DNA from: Escherichia coli
GTDB taxonomy: Bacteria; Pseudomonadota; Gammaproteobacteria; Enterobacterales; Enterobacteriaceae
Assembly: GCF_030384885.1 (NCBI RefSeq)
Contig: NZ_CP128613.1
DNA: 64,000 nucleotides
Direction: 5' to 3' (one strand)
Part shown: positions 29,013 through 38,843 of the stretch, in pieces
Numbering within the stretch: the first letter of the stretch is position 1
Layout: each line of letters begins with the position of its first letter
The notes under the pieces: generated by a model
Told to the model about the DNA's origin: nothing
Database searches by the model: none
The model's input: the letters and a program-made list of their open reading frames with translations, nothing else
Made by a program: the position numbers and the translations under genes

Positions 29013-29317
29013 ATGGATGATAATATAAAAAAACCAAGAACAGAAAAAACATTAAAGCAAAAGGTTGCTTTTGCTCAGCTTGAACTTAATCGTCTTAAGT
29101 CTCTGGAAAAATCAGAACGAAAAAAGTTGAAACAAGGCTAAAGATTATACTTGGTGCGGAAGTGGCTAAGGCTATGCAGTGTGATATCGAACAGGTGGAT
29201 AAAGAACTCGTTATGGGGATTTTGCTTTCAGCATCTGACCTGAATGATATTGAAAAAATAACGTATATAAAAGCAGGCAGAAAGTTTCTTGCTCAAATGG
29301 ATGGAAGACAAAAATAA
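29013..29317 (+). CDS. Small basic coiled-coil protein (putative relaxosome accessory protein) split over the 0 and -1 frames at an A_AAA_AAG heptamer.
   Basis: ORF1 runs 29013-29141 (42 codons) and ends ...SERKKLKQG*. The -1 frame continues from 29126 as VETRLKIILGAEVAKAM... to the stop at 29315-29317. The heptamer A AAA AAG is at 29120-29126. Confidence 0.45.
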
Positions 29318-29574
29318 AAATCTTTAAATTTATTATGATTCAGGTATTGATATCTAATTATTATCTGTTATCTATATAAAAGAACAGAACGCAGGATCAT
29401 CCTTTATTAATATTTTTTCCTTTTCAATCATGCGTTCTGTTCGACCAGTAATCTGTTAATTTTTATCTTTATGTAGTGAACGTTATTATTACTTTTTCAT
29501 CAGATGTGAGAAATATCCCATGAGGAAGTAATAATGACAGTAGTGATAACAAATGTTGTTTTTAAATCTCCCGG

Positions 29575-29602
29575 AAGGCAAAGAGAAATCTTTGCCTTTT
29601 TT
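29575..29602 (+). terminator. Rho-independent terminator.
   Basis: AAGGCAAAGA-GAAA-TCTTTGCCTT is a perfect 10-bp stem with a GNRA loop, followed by TTTT. Confidence 0.6.
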
Positions 29603-29712
29603 AATTCATCCGTCTGTCAGATAGAGTTAAATATATCTTGCTATTTCTATTGCCAGATATGAGAGAAGCGTTATAACAGGAGTTATCATTAAAACAAAAA
29701 AAGGAGATAATA

Positions 29713-30270
29713 ATGGTTTTATTAAAGAACAAAAGAAAAAGCAAGAAAGGTTTCTCACTACTCGAACTATTACTTGTTTTGGGCATCATTGCTGCATTAG
29801 TGGTAGCGGCTTTTATCGTTTATCCCAAGGTTCAGGCTTCACAAAGAGCGCAGGCAGAATCCAATAACATTGCCACCATACAGGCAGGTGTTAAAGCATT
29901 ATACACGTCGGCTTCAAGTTTTACTGGCCTGACAAATACTGTGGCTGTTCAGGCAAAAATCTTCCCTGACAATATGTTAAGTGGAACAGGCAATGCAGCT
30001 AAACCCATCAATGCCTTTAAAGGTAATGTGACGCTGGCTGCGGCAGCAACTGGCCCGTCATCAGCGGCTGGCTCTTCTTTCACTATTACATACGATAATG
30101 TGCCAGCAGCGGAATGTGTGAAAATAACCACTGCGGCGGCAGGCAACTTTTATACCGCTAAAGTCGGTTCAAAAGTTGTGAAGGCTTCGGATGGAACACT
30201 TGATGTGGCGGCTACGGCAGCAGCCTGTAATAACGCCACAAGTAATACATTAGTTTTCACGTCTATTTAA
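29713..30270 (+). CDS. pilS: Type IVb prepilin, PilS-like (R64 thin-pilus / SPI-7-type major pilin).
   Basis: Long basic leader, then KKG|FSLLELLLVLGIIAALVVAAF (Gly-1, Glu+5). The C-terminal Cys pair is ECVK...AACN. Confidence 0.8.
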   Translation: MVLLKNKRKSKKGFSLLELLLVLGIIAALVVAAFIVYPKVQASQRAQAESNNIATIQAGVKALYTSASSFTGLTNTVAVQAKIFPDNMLSGTGNAAKPINAFKGNVTLAAAATGPSSAAGSSFTITYDNVPAAECVKITTAAAGNFYTAKVGSKVVKASDGTLDVAATAAACNNATSNTLVFTSI

Positions 30271-30275
30271 TGAAG

Positions 30276-30299
30276 AGGGCGTAAGCCCTTTTCTTTCTT
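30276..30299 (+). terminator. Weak or attenuating terminator hairpin between pilS and pilV.
   Basis: AGGGC-GTAA-GCCCT followed by TTTCTTTCTT. Confidence 0.45.
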
Positions 30300-30322
30300 A
30301 TTGCTAAAACAGGGAGATAATT

Positions 30323-31759
30323 ATGATAAAGAAAAAAGGATTTACCTTACTGGAAGTCAGTATTGTTTTAGGTATTGGAACGCTTATCGTTTTTATGAAG
30401 TTTCAGGATATGAGAAACGATCAGGAAGCAGTATTGGCTGATAATGTCGGAACACAGATTAAACAGCTTGGTGAAGCAGTTAACCGCTATATCAGTATTC
30501 GCTATGACAAGATTTCCACACTGTCATCATCTAATAATCAAAGCAGCGATCCGGGGCCAAGAACCTGTTCGGCTGCTGGTTGCGAAATCACTTACCAGAC
30601 GTTAATTAATGAAGGTCTGTTGCCTGTAGGCTATACAGGAACTAACGCGCAAAAAGCATCCTACAAGATTGTGTTAAAACGTTCAGGAACAGCGCCGGAT
30701 TACGTCATTAATGGCCTTATAACAACCGCCAGCCCGTGGGAAGAAGGTGGTCGTATTCGTTATGACCTGTTAGGTAAAGCGGTTCAGGCGGCTGGTGTTG
30801 ATGGTGGGATGAGCAGAAACACCAAGATAGCTTCCGGCTATGGTGGTCAGTGGAGTGAGAACTCTAATAGCTACAGCAATATCACGGGTGGTGGATTGCT
30901 GGCTTACCGCGTGGGGTATAACTCTTCAATGTATTCTGTTTATCTGCGTCGTGATGGAACGTTGCCAATGACGGGTGATCTGAATCTTGGTGGGAAGAGC
31001 ATCAAAAACATCAAAGATATTACTGCATCAGGGACAACAACAACCGGGGCACTTAAGACAACGGGTAATGCGTCTGTTGCATCAGATCTGACTGTGGGTG
31101 GAACCTCGACCCTTAATGGTCCTGTAAATATCAACAACAACCTCAAGGTAAAATCCGATACCTATCTGAACACGCTATCAACAACAGGTCTGGCGAAGTT
31201 TGGTAGCCGTATTGCGACGAACGGACTTAATCCAAACGATTTGCCTGCTGGCTGGGCTGGCGGTGTTCGCACCTATGATTTGTATGCGTCGGGGACTGTT
31301 GGTGTTGGAACCGGTAAAACAGTTAAAGCTTACATGAACAATGCGGGTAATATTTATGCGTCAGGTAATCTTACCGCCGGGACGATAAAATCCAACGGAA
31401 CAATTGAATCAACAGGCAGAATCAAAGCAGGTGAATATCTCCACCTGAATGGTCAGGCAACGTTGAATGCGAAATGTACGCCTAATGGTCTGGTGGGGCG
31501 AGATAGTGTGGGGAAAATATTATCATGTGTCAGTGGAAAGTGGTCTGATCTTACACCCGCAGCAGCGTCAGGTATCTATGTTCGTTATTATAATAGCATC
31601 CAGTGGTCATGTCCTGTGCCTAACCGAGCAACCGGAGGCTGTTCATGTTCGACAGGTCTTAAAAGTATCATCATCAATACAGATTCAACTGAAACGTGTT
31701 CAGGAGTTAAAAACACGCACTGTAGAACATCGACAAAATACTTTTATGCTTGTGTTTAA
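30323..31759 (+). CDS. pilV: PilV-like type IVb minor pilin / tip adhesin (shufflon-type protein, but with a fixed C terminus here).
   Basis: MIKKKG|[18 protein letters not shown] is a prepilin N terminus. It is 478 aa with a Cys-rich C-terminal region and lies immediately after pilS, as in R64-type pil operons. Confidence 0.7.
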   Translation: MIKKKGFTLLEVSIVLGIGTLIVFMKFQDMRNDQEAVLADNVGTQIKQLGEAVNRYISIRYDKISTLSSSNNQSSDPGPRTCSAAGCEITYQTLINEGLLPVGYTGTNAQKASYKIVLKRSGTAPDYVINGLITTASPWEEGGRIRYDLLGKAVQAAGVDGGMSRNTKIASGYGGQWSENSNSYSNITGGGLLAYRVGYNSSMYSVYLRRDGTLPMTGDLNLGGKSIKNIKDITASGTTTTGALKTTGNASVASDLTVGGTSTLNGPVNINNNLKVKSDTYLNTLSTTGLAKFGSRIATNGLNPNDLPAGWAGGVRTYDLYASGTVGVGTGKTVKAYMNNAGNIYASGNLTAGTIKSNGTIESTGRIKAGEYLHLNGQATLNAKCTPNGLVGRDSVGKILSCVSGKWSDLTPAAASGIYVRYYNSIQWSCPVPNRATGGCSCSTGLKSIIINTDSTETCSGVKNTHCRTSTKYFYACV

Positions 31760-31921
31760 ATTGGATTTTCAATAAATGATATATTATTTAATAAATGTCT
31801 TTTAAAGATATTCACTTCAATGAAGTATCTGATTGCCCATATATGGGGAGTGGTTTACAGCCCAATGGGTTGATTCTGTCACCCCAACTTTGCAAATGTT
31901 GAAGGAGTATTCTATCGAGAA

Positions 31922-31937
31922 AGGGCCGTGAGGCCCT
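31922..31937. terminator. Hairpin between the convergent pilV and TIR-like genes.
   Basis: AGGGCC-GTGA-GGCCCT followed by TTGTTTC. Confidence 0.5.
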
Positions 31938-31966
31938 TTGTTTCTGAGAATTATCTTGGATTTTGT

Positions 31967-32797
31967 CTAAATTATATTATTCATATCTATTGAATATCCT
32001 GCCTCTTTTAATTCTCTTGCTAAACGCATTTTCCACCCTTCATTAGAGTCTATTTTTTCATACGTAATACCAAGAGCATCAGTTGGAATTTCGATATCTC
32101 CCTTTATGAGAACCATTGTTTTTTCTCTACCTAACAATGCGGTAAAATATCCAAGTTCGAGAATGACATTCTGACGGGCTCGAAGGCTTTTATTTTGCTC
32201 ATTGTTAATCGGGTATCCATAATCATCGGGAGTCATCAAGATTACTGCAAAACCCGCTCTTTTTGCAAACTCCTGAAACTTTTCAATTATGGTCATTCCT
32301 TTGTTTATTTGCTCTTGTAAAATGACGGGTTCAACGCCCAGTTTTTCTAGAAATCTCGCAACTGAATGTTTTGTGCCTTCATCATGACCATGAACTAAAA
32401 AAACTGAATTACTTTCAGGTAATTCGGTTTTTAATTCTGATTCATCAAATTTTTCGGCAGTGAATACACCTTCAGTTCCAATGCTAGATCTCCATTTACC
32501 TCTTAATTTATTATTATTGACTAAGCTACAAATTACCGTAACTTTCCCTAACATAACCATCGGGTTTTTATTTCCGGGAGTTAGTTCAATAAACAGGTTT
32601 TCGCTTATTTTTCCTGAAATACTGTATTCATATGCTCCAAGTGCAAGTTCATGTATCTTCGCTGAACCGCTTACATTATTACCGTCTACATTTAGAGTAA
32701 AACTAATCCCACCTTGGTTGGTTCCGGAGATATCACCAGTCCAATAGCCTGAATATACATCATTTAGCATATAACTCCCCTCGCGATAATATTCCAT
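31967..32797 (-). CDS. TIR-like nucleotide-binding/NADase-type protein of the CAP12/PycTIR kind, with an unrecognised ~130-aa N-terminal domain.
   Basis: The C-terminal half (VFLVHGHDEGTKHSVARFLEKLGVEPVILQEQINKGMTIIEKFQEFAKRAGFAVILMTPDD...RARQNVILELGYFTALLGREKTMVLIKGDIEIPTDALGITY) matches the remembered consensus of the TIR-like effector domain seen in CBASS Cap12 and Pycsar PycTIR. Confidence 0.65.
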   Translation of the reverse strand: MEYYREGSYMLNDVYSGYWTGDISGTNQGGISFTLNVDGNNVSGSAKIHELALGAYEYSISGKISENLFIELTPGNKNPMVMLGKVTVICSLVNNNKLRGKWRSSIGTEGVFTAEKFDESELKTELPESNSVFLVHGHDEGTKHSVARFLEKLGVEPVILQEQINKGMTIIEKFQEFAKRAGFAVILMTPDDYGYPINNEQNKSLRARQNVILELGYFTALLGREKTMVLIKGDIEIPTDALGITYEKIDSNEGWKMRLARELKEAGYSIDMNNII

Positions 32798-32896
32798 GTG
32801 AATGTTTTATTATTGCAACATACGTCGGATCGTAGCGTAATTATCAATTTAGTATACATTCGAAAAAACGTTTAGCCTTCAACCTCCATTATTTCA

Positions 32897-34114
32897 CTAT
32901 TTACAGTAATCAGTCCACTCATCCATCAGTGCCACCCGCTTAGGCCATAACGTCCCACGTTGATACGCAGCCTCTGCCTTATCTGCCAACTGGTGAGCTA
33001 ACGCATGTTCAATTACTTCACGCGGGTAGTTGGTCGTTTCACCAGCCCAATCACGGAATGTCGATCTAAAACCATGCTGCGTTAAATCTGTGTATCCCAT
33101 TCGTTTTAGGACTGCCAGTAAAGCCGTATCCGAGAGTTGTCCCTTCCGAGTGGCAGGGAATACAAAATTGATACCCTTAAAGCGTGGTAAAGCCTTTAAC
33201 AGGACAACAGCAGCATCAGACAGAGGAACTCGATGCTCCTTCGCTGCTTTCATTCGGCTTGCAGGTATGGTCCACGTTTTACCTTCAAGATCGATCTCTG
33301 ACCACTCGGCACCACGAATTTCTCCTGAGCGTGCCGCGGTCAGTATGGCAAACTCAAGCGCACGAGGCGAAACGCCGCTTCGTTCACGTAGTTCTTTCAT
33401 AAAGGAGCCGATCTGGTTATAGGGAAGAGCGGCATGGTGCTTGGTGATCTGAACTTTACTTGGCTGAGGCAACAGAGGTTTCAACATACCTTTCCATGCG
33501 GCAGGATTATCACCTTCAAAGTATTCTTTGGCCTTAGCGTAATCAATCACCGTTTCAATACGTCCACGTAGACGACTGGCGGTTTCATTCTTGGTTAACC
33601 AGATAGGTTCCAGTATTGCCAGAAGATCCACTTTGGTGATTTCACTAACGGCCTTTTTGCCAATGAAAGGGTAGGCATAGGTCTCCAGTGTGGAACGCCA
33701 TTGAGCGAGATGTTTTTTGTTCTTCATCTCACTGTCTTTGACTTCCAGCACTTCTTCACAACACTCGGCAAAGGTCTTTTTCTTCCGGGCCAGTATTTCC
33801 TGCCGGGATTTTTGCTCGTGTTTTTCTTGAAGGGGATTAATACCATTACGGATTTGTTTACGTAGCTCACGCGCTTTGTCACGCGCTTCGGCTAAGGAGA
33901 CTTCCGGGTAAGGGCCAAGCCCCATATTCAAACGTCTTGGAACTGTTCTACCGAGATTGTTGATTCGGGTTCCCATAGCTACACAAAGAACCCATGCACG
34001 GGACTGATTCCGGATGCGAAGGTATAAACCATCCACACCACCTACGGCATACATACCTTCGGATTTTAATCGTGATACGACGAGTCCTGAGAGTTCCTTG
34101 GCCTTCTTTGGCAT
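32897..34114 (-). CDS. int: P4-type tyrosine integrase (DUF4102 arm-binding N terminus plus catalytic domain).
   Basis: GLYLRIRNQSRAWVL...LGPYPEVSLAEARDKARELRKQIRNGINP in the N-terminal part. The catalytic residues are in ...LTAARSGEIRGAEW..., HGFRSTFRDW and ALAHQ...AAYQRG. Confidence 0.9.
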   Translation of the reverse strand: MPKKAKELSGLVVSRLKSEGMYAVGGVDGLYLRIRNQSRAWVLCVAMGTRINNLGRTVPRRLNMGLGPYPEVSLAEARDKARELRKQIRNGINPLQEKHEQKSRQEILARKKKTFAECCEEVLEVKDSEMKNKKHLAQWRSTLETYAYPFIGKKAVSEITKVDLLAILEPIWLTKNETASRLRGRIETVIDYAKAKEYFEGDNPAAWKGMLKPLLPQPSKVQITKHHAALPYNQIGSFMKELRERSGVSPRALEFAILTAARSGEIRGAEWSEIDLEGKTWTIPASRMKAAKEHRVPLSDAAVVLLKALPRFKGINFVFPATRKGQLSDTALLAVLKRMGYTDLTQHGFRSTFRDWAGETTNYPREVIEHALAHQLADKAEAAYQRGTLWPKRVALMDEWTDYCK

Positions 34115-34278
34115 AGCAAAATCCTGTCATACAACCCGCCATACATACGGTACTGCATAAAATAGCTGATTGTTTGCACAGTAGCAATACACTACCGAAC
34201 AAAAAAATAATGACAATATTTTGTTTTTAAAGGAAAAATAGCACTTGGGTGGGCATTATCGAACACTAAAAATTTAGA

Positions 34279-34292
34279 CCCTCTCTCCGCCA
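34279..34292 (+). repeat. attR-type direct repeat of the serU 3' end.
   Basis: CCCTCTCTCCGCCA is identical to 11870-11883. It lies 165 bp upstream of the integrase start. Confidence 0.65.
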
Positions 34293-34851
34293 CTTTATCA
34301 ATGACTTATCTCCTAACTTCCCGCCTTGCTTTTTCTTAACAGAACAATCGTAGAATATTCTTGAAGGGTTAGATCGTCACTGTTTTCTGTTCGATACTGT
34401 GACATTCAGCACTTGATTCGCTATGGATCAGACAGGAAGGTTTCGAGCGAAAATCTACTGTTATTCAGTCGTTTTCTTATCGGTCACCATTATTCTTCTC
34501 ATCTTATGCTTTAGATATTGATCCTATGAAACCGATGTTACGTTAGTGGGCGGGAACTGAAGTTACGGAGTAAAAGGGTTAATAATTGAGCCAAAAAAGG
34601 AACGCGGCCGTCAGATTAAAGCCGCGGGACAAAGTCCATAATTTCCAAGAGTTGTTGAATTTCCCAGCTTTTTTGAAAGCCTTTGTATCATACTAACAAG
34701 TAAAAAAGGTTTAAATACCAAAATTAACCTATATTTCTGGTTAGCTTTACCATGACAGATGACTTGCTCCTGGAGACATTGGCGCTACCAGTCTGTATTG
34801 GTGAGTTGTGTATTTATTGTTCGCCGTTTCCTCAGTTTTTTTCTACAGACA

Positions 34852-34887
34852 TAATAAAAAAGACACGTCTCAAGCATGAGCGTGTCT
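34852..34887 (-). terminator. zinT rho-independent terminator.
   Basis: On the minus strand, AGACACG-(13 nt)-CGTGTCT is followed by TTTTTTATT, about 90 nt after the zinT stop. Confidence 0.55.
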
Positions 34888-34975
34888 GAGTTTGTCTTAT
34901 TTATTTGTCTTGGTAAATTATTGTCGTTACTACCAGGCACTGTTCTGTTAAATAACTGAAGTCAGCGCAAAAAAA

Positions 34976-35626
34976 TCAATGAGACATCATCTCCTCGACC
35001 ACTTCTTCGCTACTCAACTGATAGGGATAATACGTTGGCCAGTTTTCCATTTCATTCAATAAAGATTGCTGTGAATCATTACCCATAAAAATGTGAAAAT
35101 GAGATGATTTTCGTGGTGCAATTATATGATCGCTAAACTGTATATATTTAGGAGCTTTGCTTTTAGGATCTTTACATTCGAATAAGTAACGAACGCCTTT
35201 CTTGCCTGATTTATAGGTGAGTATTTTGTAGCCATCGTAATCATATTTACAGGATGTAGTTTCGTTATTTCTATGGAATTCAACAATGCCGTCCTCAATA
35301 CCAATCATTTCGATATCTGTCGCGTAGCCTTTCTGATAATAATCTTTAACTTCTGCGAATGTTTTGGTTTTATCTGCATTCGCTTTCTTTCGAAAGACGG
35401 GGTCAAGCTTGCCATTTTGCAGTAAGGGATAAACGGATTGCCAGACTCCATCCCAGTCACTGAGCGTTCGGTTTTGTACATTGGCATCATCAAAAACACC
35501 GTTAGCCGCTTTTTGTTCGACCTCTGTTAGGGGGTTACCGTGTGAGTGATGACCATGCGAAAAGGCAGGACCGCTAACAATAAATACACCTAAAGCAATA
35601 GCCATTTTATGAAGACGAATCGCCAA
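34976..35626 (-). CDS. zinT: Periplasmic zinc/cadmium-binding protein ZinT (YodA).
   Basis: [60 protein letters not shown]... is recognised. The apparent start is TTG with GGAGGA upstream. Confidence 0.9.
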   Translation of the reverse strand: MAIRLHKMAIALGVFIVSGPAFSHGHHSHGNPLTEVEQKAANGVFDDANVQNRTLSDWDGVWQSVYPLLQNGKLDPVFRKKANADKTKTFAEVKDYYQKGYATDIEMIGIEDGIVEFHRNNETTSCKYDYDGYKILTYKSGKKGVRYLFECKDPKSKAPKYIQFSDHIIAPRKSSHFHIFMGNDSQQSLLNEMENWPTYYPYQLSSEEVVEEMMSH

Positions 35627-35662
35627 AACAGTTTCCTCCAGAGTTATTGTACATGATGTGTT

Positions 35663-35679
35663 ATGTTATATTGTAACAT
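35663..35679. promoter_or_regulatory. Zur box in the zinT promoter.
   Basis: The palindrome ATGTTATATTGTAACAT fits the Zur consensus core (TGTTATA.TATAACA) and lies about 40 bp upstream of the zinT start. Confidence 0.7.
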
Positions 35680-35817
35680 ATGACGAAATGCAATAACTTT
35701 TAGGAAACAAGAGCATAGTTTTCTCAGGTGTATTTACCTATCTTATTGAAATGAAATAAATTATGTCGATGATTTGAGGTTGATGACAAACGAAACATAA
35801 CTTGATGCGATCTGTGT

Positions 35818-35851
35818 GGGCCGGATAAGGCGCTCACGCCGCATCCGGCAG
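35818..35851. repeat. REP (repetitive extragenic palindromic) element.
   Basis: GGGCCGGATAAGGCGCTCACGCCGCATCCGGCAG is a typical E. coli REP sequence. Confidence 0.7.
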
Positions 35852-35882
35852 GGATAACGCGTACTTTGTCGGCAATATGAAG

Positions 35883-36518
35883 TTATAGAGATAATTTGTT
35901 GTGAACCTGCTTGCGTAGCCGGTTGAAAAGGGAAAGCAACTTCTTATACCGTAAGGCTAAAAGCAGTACAGCCAGCCCTGCGTAGATGAGTGGCTGCGGT
36001 GAAATAATCTTCACTGACCACAGATAATGTATTGGGGCCAGGATCGCGACAAGATAGACGAAGTTATGCAACTGTTGCCAGTGTTTACCGAGTTTTCGTT
36101 GCATCGCCTGGGTTGAAGTGGACGCTAAAGCAAGCAAAACTACCCAGCTAATAATACCTAACGTTAAATAAGGTCGGGTGATTAACTCCTTACCTAATAG
36201 CGCCAGATTATTCACGCCCAGCTCCAGTAATGCGTAACTGGTTAAATGCAGTGTCGCCCAGGCAAAGCACCATAAGCCTAACAGGCGGCGAGTGCGTATC
36301 AATAATGGCTGCTTTGCGTAACGTGCCAGAGGTGTAACTAACAAGGTCGCCAGCAAAAATTTCAGTGCAGTGCGTCCGGTAAAATGCTGAATATCTTTCA
36401 CCGGATCGGCTCCCAGTCCACCGTGATTGATCGCCCAGGCAAGCCAGAGCAACGGCAACAATCCGGCAAGATGCAGGCAAAGTTTTAGCCATGTCACCTG
36501 TTTTGCTGTCAGACGCAT
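35883..36518 (-). CDS. msrQ: Methionine sulfoxide reductase heme-binding membrane subunit MsrQ (YedZ).
   Basis: [26 protein letters not shown]... is recognised. It lies directly after msrP. Confidence 0.9.
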   Translation of the reverse strand: MRLTAKQVTWLKLCLHLAGLLPLLWLAWAINHGGLGADPVKDIQHFTGRTALKFLLATLLVTPLARYAKQPLLIRTRRLLGLWCFAWATLHLTSYALLELGVNNLALLGKELITRPYLTLGIISWVVLLALASTSTQAMQRKLGKHWQQLHNFVYLVAILAPIHYLWSVKIISPQPLIYAGLAVLLLALRYKKLLSLFNRLRKQVHNKLSL

Positions 36519-37529
<1,011 letters not shown>

Positions 37530-37625
37530 TCACACTGTTTTGTCGTTAACCAGTAAGAGATTGTTAATCTGTCAGGGAGTCTCCTCCCTAACAGTAGCAG
37601 AGATCTGCTTTTACATATTTACGCA

Positions 37626-38039
37626 TTAACTGCCACGATAGGTTGAATACCCATATTGGCTAAGTAACAAAGGTACATGATAATGCTCGTTCACTTTATT
37701 AATTTGAAACTCAACAGGGATCTCAGGGAAGAAACTTTCAAGATTTTGTTTCTTAAAATATTCTCCAGTTTTAAATACAACACGGTAATCGCCCGTGGTT
37801 GCAGTTTGCTCGGGCCACAGTGCCTTGATTCGTCCATCCTTATCTGTTTTGGCGGTATTAAGTTGTAACCAGCCGTTATCCGCTTTCTTTTCCAGAGTGA
37901 CTGTCACGTCGGCAGCGGGTTTTCCTGTTTGCTGGTTCAAAATGTGCACGCTAAGAATGTTTTGTTGTGCGGCATAAACCAAAGAAGGTAATGAAAATGC
38001 AGCCGTTGCAACCGAGAGTAGTAAATAACGCTTTAACAT
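37626..38039 (-). CDS. hiuH: 5-hydroxyisourate hydrolase (transthyretin-like) HiuH (YedX).
   Basis: [23 protein letters not shown]... and the C-terminal ...[19 protein letters not shown] are characteristic. Confidence 0.9.
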   Translation of the reverse strand: MLKRYLLLSVATAAFSLPSLVYAAQQNILSVHILNQQTGKPAADVTVTLEKKADNGWLQLNTAKTDKDGRIKALWPEQTATTGDYRVVFKTGEYFKKQNLESFFPEIPVEFQINKVNEHYHVPLLLSQYGYSTYRGS

Positions 38040-38108
38040 GTTTATATCCTTGTCATGTGAATGAGTTTTGAGGATAGCGAAAAAACGTCTGTGATAACCT
38101 TACAGAAG

Positions 38109-38126
38109 CATTACAATTTTGTAATG
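38109..38126. promoter_or_regulatory. HprR (CusR-like) box in the hiuH/hprR divergent promoter region.
   Basis: CATTACAATTTTGTAATG has perfect 8-bp inverted-repeat arms (CATTACAA/TTGTAATG) around a TT centre. It matches the HprR/CusR box as I recall it. Confidence 0.65.
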
Positions 38127-38171
38127 AACCAGGCTGTTTCTATAACATATGATTTATGGCATATTATTTTC

Positions 38172-38843
38172 ATGAAGATTCTACTTATTGAAGATAATCA
38201 AAGGACCCAGGAATGGGTAACGCAGGGGCTTTCAGAAGCAGGTTATGTCATTGATGCGGTTTCTGATGGCAGAGATGGGCTTTATCTTGCGCTGAAGGAT
38301 GATTATGCATTGATCATTCTGGATATTATGCTTCCGGGTATGGATGGCTGGCAGATCTTACAAACGTTACGAACGGCAAAGCAAACCCCCGTTATTTGCC
38401 TTACAGCAAGGGATTCTGTCGATGACAGAGTCAGAGGGCTGGACAGTGGGGCAAATGATTATCTGGTAAAACCTTTTTCATTTTCTGAGTTGCTGGCGAG
38501 GGTTCGGGCACAATTAAGGCAACATCATGCGCTGAATTCAACATTAGAAATCAGCGGATTAAGAATGGACTCTGTCAGCCAAAGTGTGAGCAGGGACAAT
38601 ATCAGTATTACACTGACGCGCAAGGAGTTTCAATTACTTTGGCTACTGGCCTCCAGAGCTGGCGAAATTATACCCAGAACGGTTATTGCGAGTGAAATTT
38701 GGGGAATCAATTTCGATAGTGATACTAATACGGTGGATGTCGCTATTCGCAGGCTCCGCGCAAAAGTTGATGATCCTTTTCCTGAAAAGCTAATCGCTAC
38801 AATCCGGGGAATGGGGTATTCATTTGTAGCGGTAAAAAAATAA
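38172..38843 (+). CDS. hprR: OmpR-family response regulator HprR (YedW).
   Basis: MKILLIEDNQRTQEWVTQGLSEAGYVIDAVSDGRDGLYLAL... is recognised. Confidence 0.9.
   Translation: MKILLIEDNQRTQEWVTQGLSEAGYVIDAVSDGRDGLYLALKDDYALIILDIMLPGMDGWQILQTLRTAKQTPVICLTARDSVDDRVRGLDSGANDYLVKPFSFSELLARVRAQLRQHHALNSTLEISGLRMDSVSQSVSRDNISITLTRKEFQLLWLLASRAGEIIPRTVIASEIWGINFDSDTNTVDVAIRRLRAKVDDPFPEKLIATIRGMGYSFVAVKK

Larger units (their letters stand above)
11884..34292. mobile_element. About 22.4-kb serU-integrated genomic island (integrative mobilizable element-like) with integrase, AlpA, MOBQ-type relaxase, RepL-like gene and defence cargo.
   Basis: It starts at the tRNA-Ser 3' end and ends at a 14-bp direct repeat of that end, next to a P4-type integrase. 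It is visibly AT-rich compared with the flanks. Core genes mtfA and zinT flank it. Confidence 0.75.

Noticed and set aside
28669-30289. Recurrent G/C-stem hairpins with GTAA loops (28669-28681, 28701-28716, 30276-30289, and also 19461-19472) as a possible island-specific repeat family.
   Set aside because: The stems differ in sequence and length. GNRA-type loops are common in terminators and stable hairpins, so these are probably independent structures.
31467-31775. Overlapping ORF at the pilV 3' end and the sequence GTGCCTAACCGAGCAACCGG (about 31616), as a possible shufflon sfx site.
   Set aside because: There is only a loose resemblance to the R64 sfx consensus as I remember it. I found no inverted partner copy downstream and no rci recombinase gene, so there is no evidence for a shufflon.
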